Source: Lytechinus pictus
Taxonomy: Eukaryota
Assembly: GCF_037042905.1 (NCBI RefSeq)
Contig: NC_087250.1
Coordinates: 4,776,001-4,840,000 of the forward strand
Reading direction: 5' to 3'
DNA length: 64,000 bases
Position 1 is the first letter of the stretch. Each line of letters opens with the position of its first letter. The translations under genes were made by a program, and so were the position numbers. This document shows, piece after piece, positions 63,620 to 64,000 of the stretch. Below the pieces are notes generated by a model. That model searched no databases. It was not told the DNA's origin and saw nothing but the letters and a program-made list of their open reading frames with translations.

Positions 63620-64000
63620 ATAATATAATAATAATCATATTTACCCATGGAAGCCACTTCAGTTAGACTGAAAACTGTTCTCCCAGCGGGCCCTGAGAAA
63701 CTCTATTCTTACTGTATTTCTTTCAACATGGTGCAATCACCTAAATTCCTATCTTGTTGATTCTGATTAAGTGTCCAAATTCGATATGACACCATATTCA
63801 TGTATTTTTAGAATTATCTCTTTTTATTCTTATGTATTTAACTGTATCTATTTATATATTCTTATTATCAACTACTGGCCAATATCTATATCCAATGGTG
63901 TTTCAATAATTCAATATTTCAATTTTTCAATATTTCAATAGCATTTTCATTAATTGAAGTTTAAATCTCAGGGGGTTGTATTCAACATGTTAAGTGCAAT
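63620..64000 (-). mobile_element. 3' end of a retroposon (probable LINE 3' UTR) sharing its tail with the SINE at 33325
   Basis: Minus strand CAGGGCCCGCTGGGAGAACAGTT..TGAAGTGGCTTCCATGGGTAAATA plus a (TTA)-like tail. Upstream it is AT-rich and unlike the SINE body. Confidence 0.65.

Noticed and set aside
46144..64000. Upstream non-coding exon or promoter of the GPCR
   Set aside because: An acceptor implies one exists, but no candidate can be supported from sequence alone.

Overview
Repeat-dominated animal (eukaryotic) DNA. An echinoderm such as a sea urchin is my best guess from the SINE, MITE and GPCR style, but this is inference only. The first 35.4 kb is best read as one giant foldback-type transposon (659-35440). 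It has matching inverted termini, an 8-9 bp target-site duplication (GAAATTTG[A]) and arms built from a 26-bp tandem unit. The left arm has expanded into a ~23.5 kb satellite with 1627-bp and 3552-bp higher-order repeats; the inverted right arm is only ~1.25 kb. The element splits an older interspersed repeat, and a second uninterrupted copy of that repeat sits inside it, so the empty site can be reconstructed. Internal cargo includes a ~4 kb duplication, a decayed L1/Tx1-clade LINE, hAT-like MITEs and a tRNA-derived SINE. The rest of the window holds a 2.2 kb (CAT/CAC)n tract, many MITEs (TTAA-, CWG- and 2-bp-TSD types, some nested), SINEs, and a Gypsy/Ty3 integrase fragment cut by two MITEs. 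The only convincing host gene is an intronless class A GPCR coding region (44798-46108, minus strand) with an apparent signal peptide.
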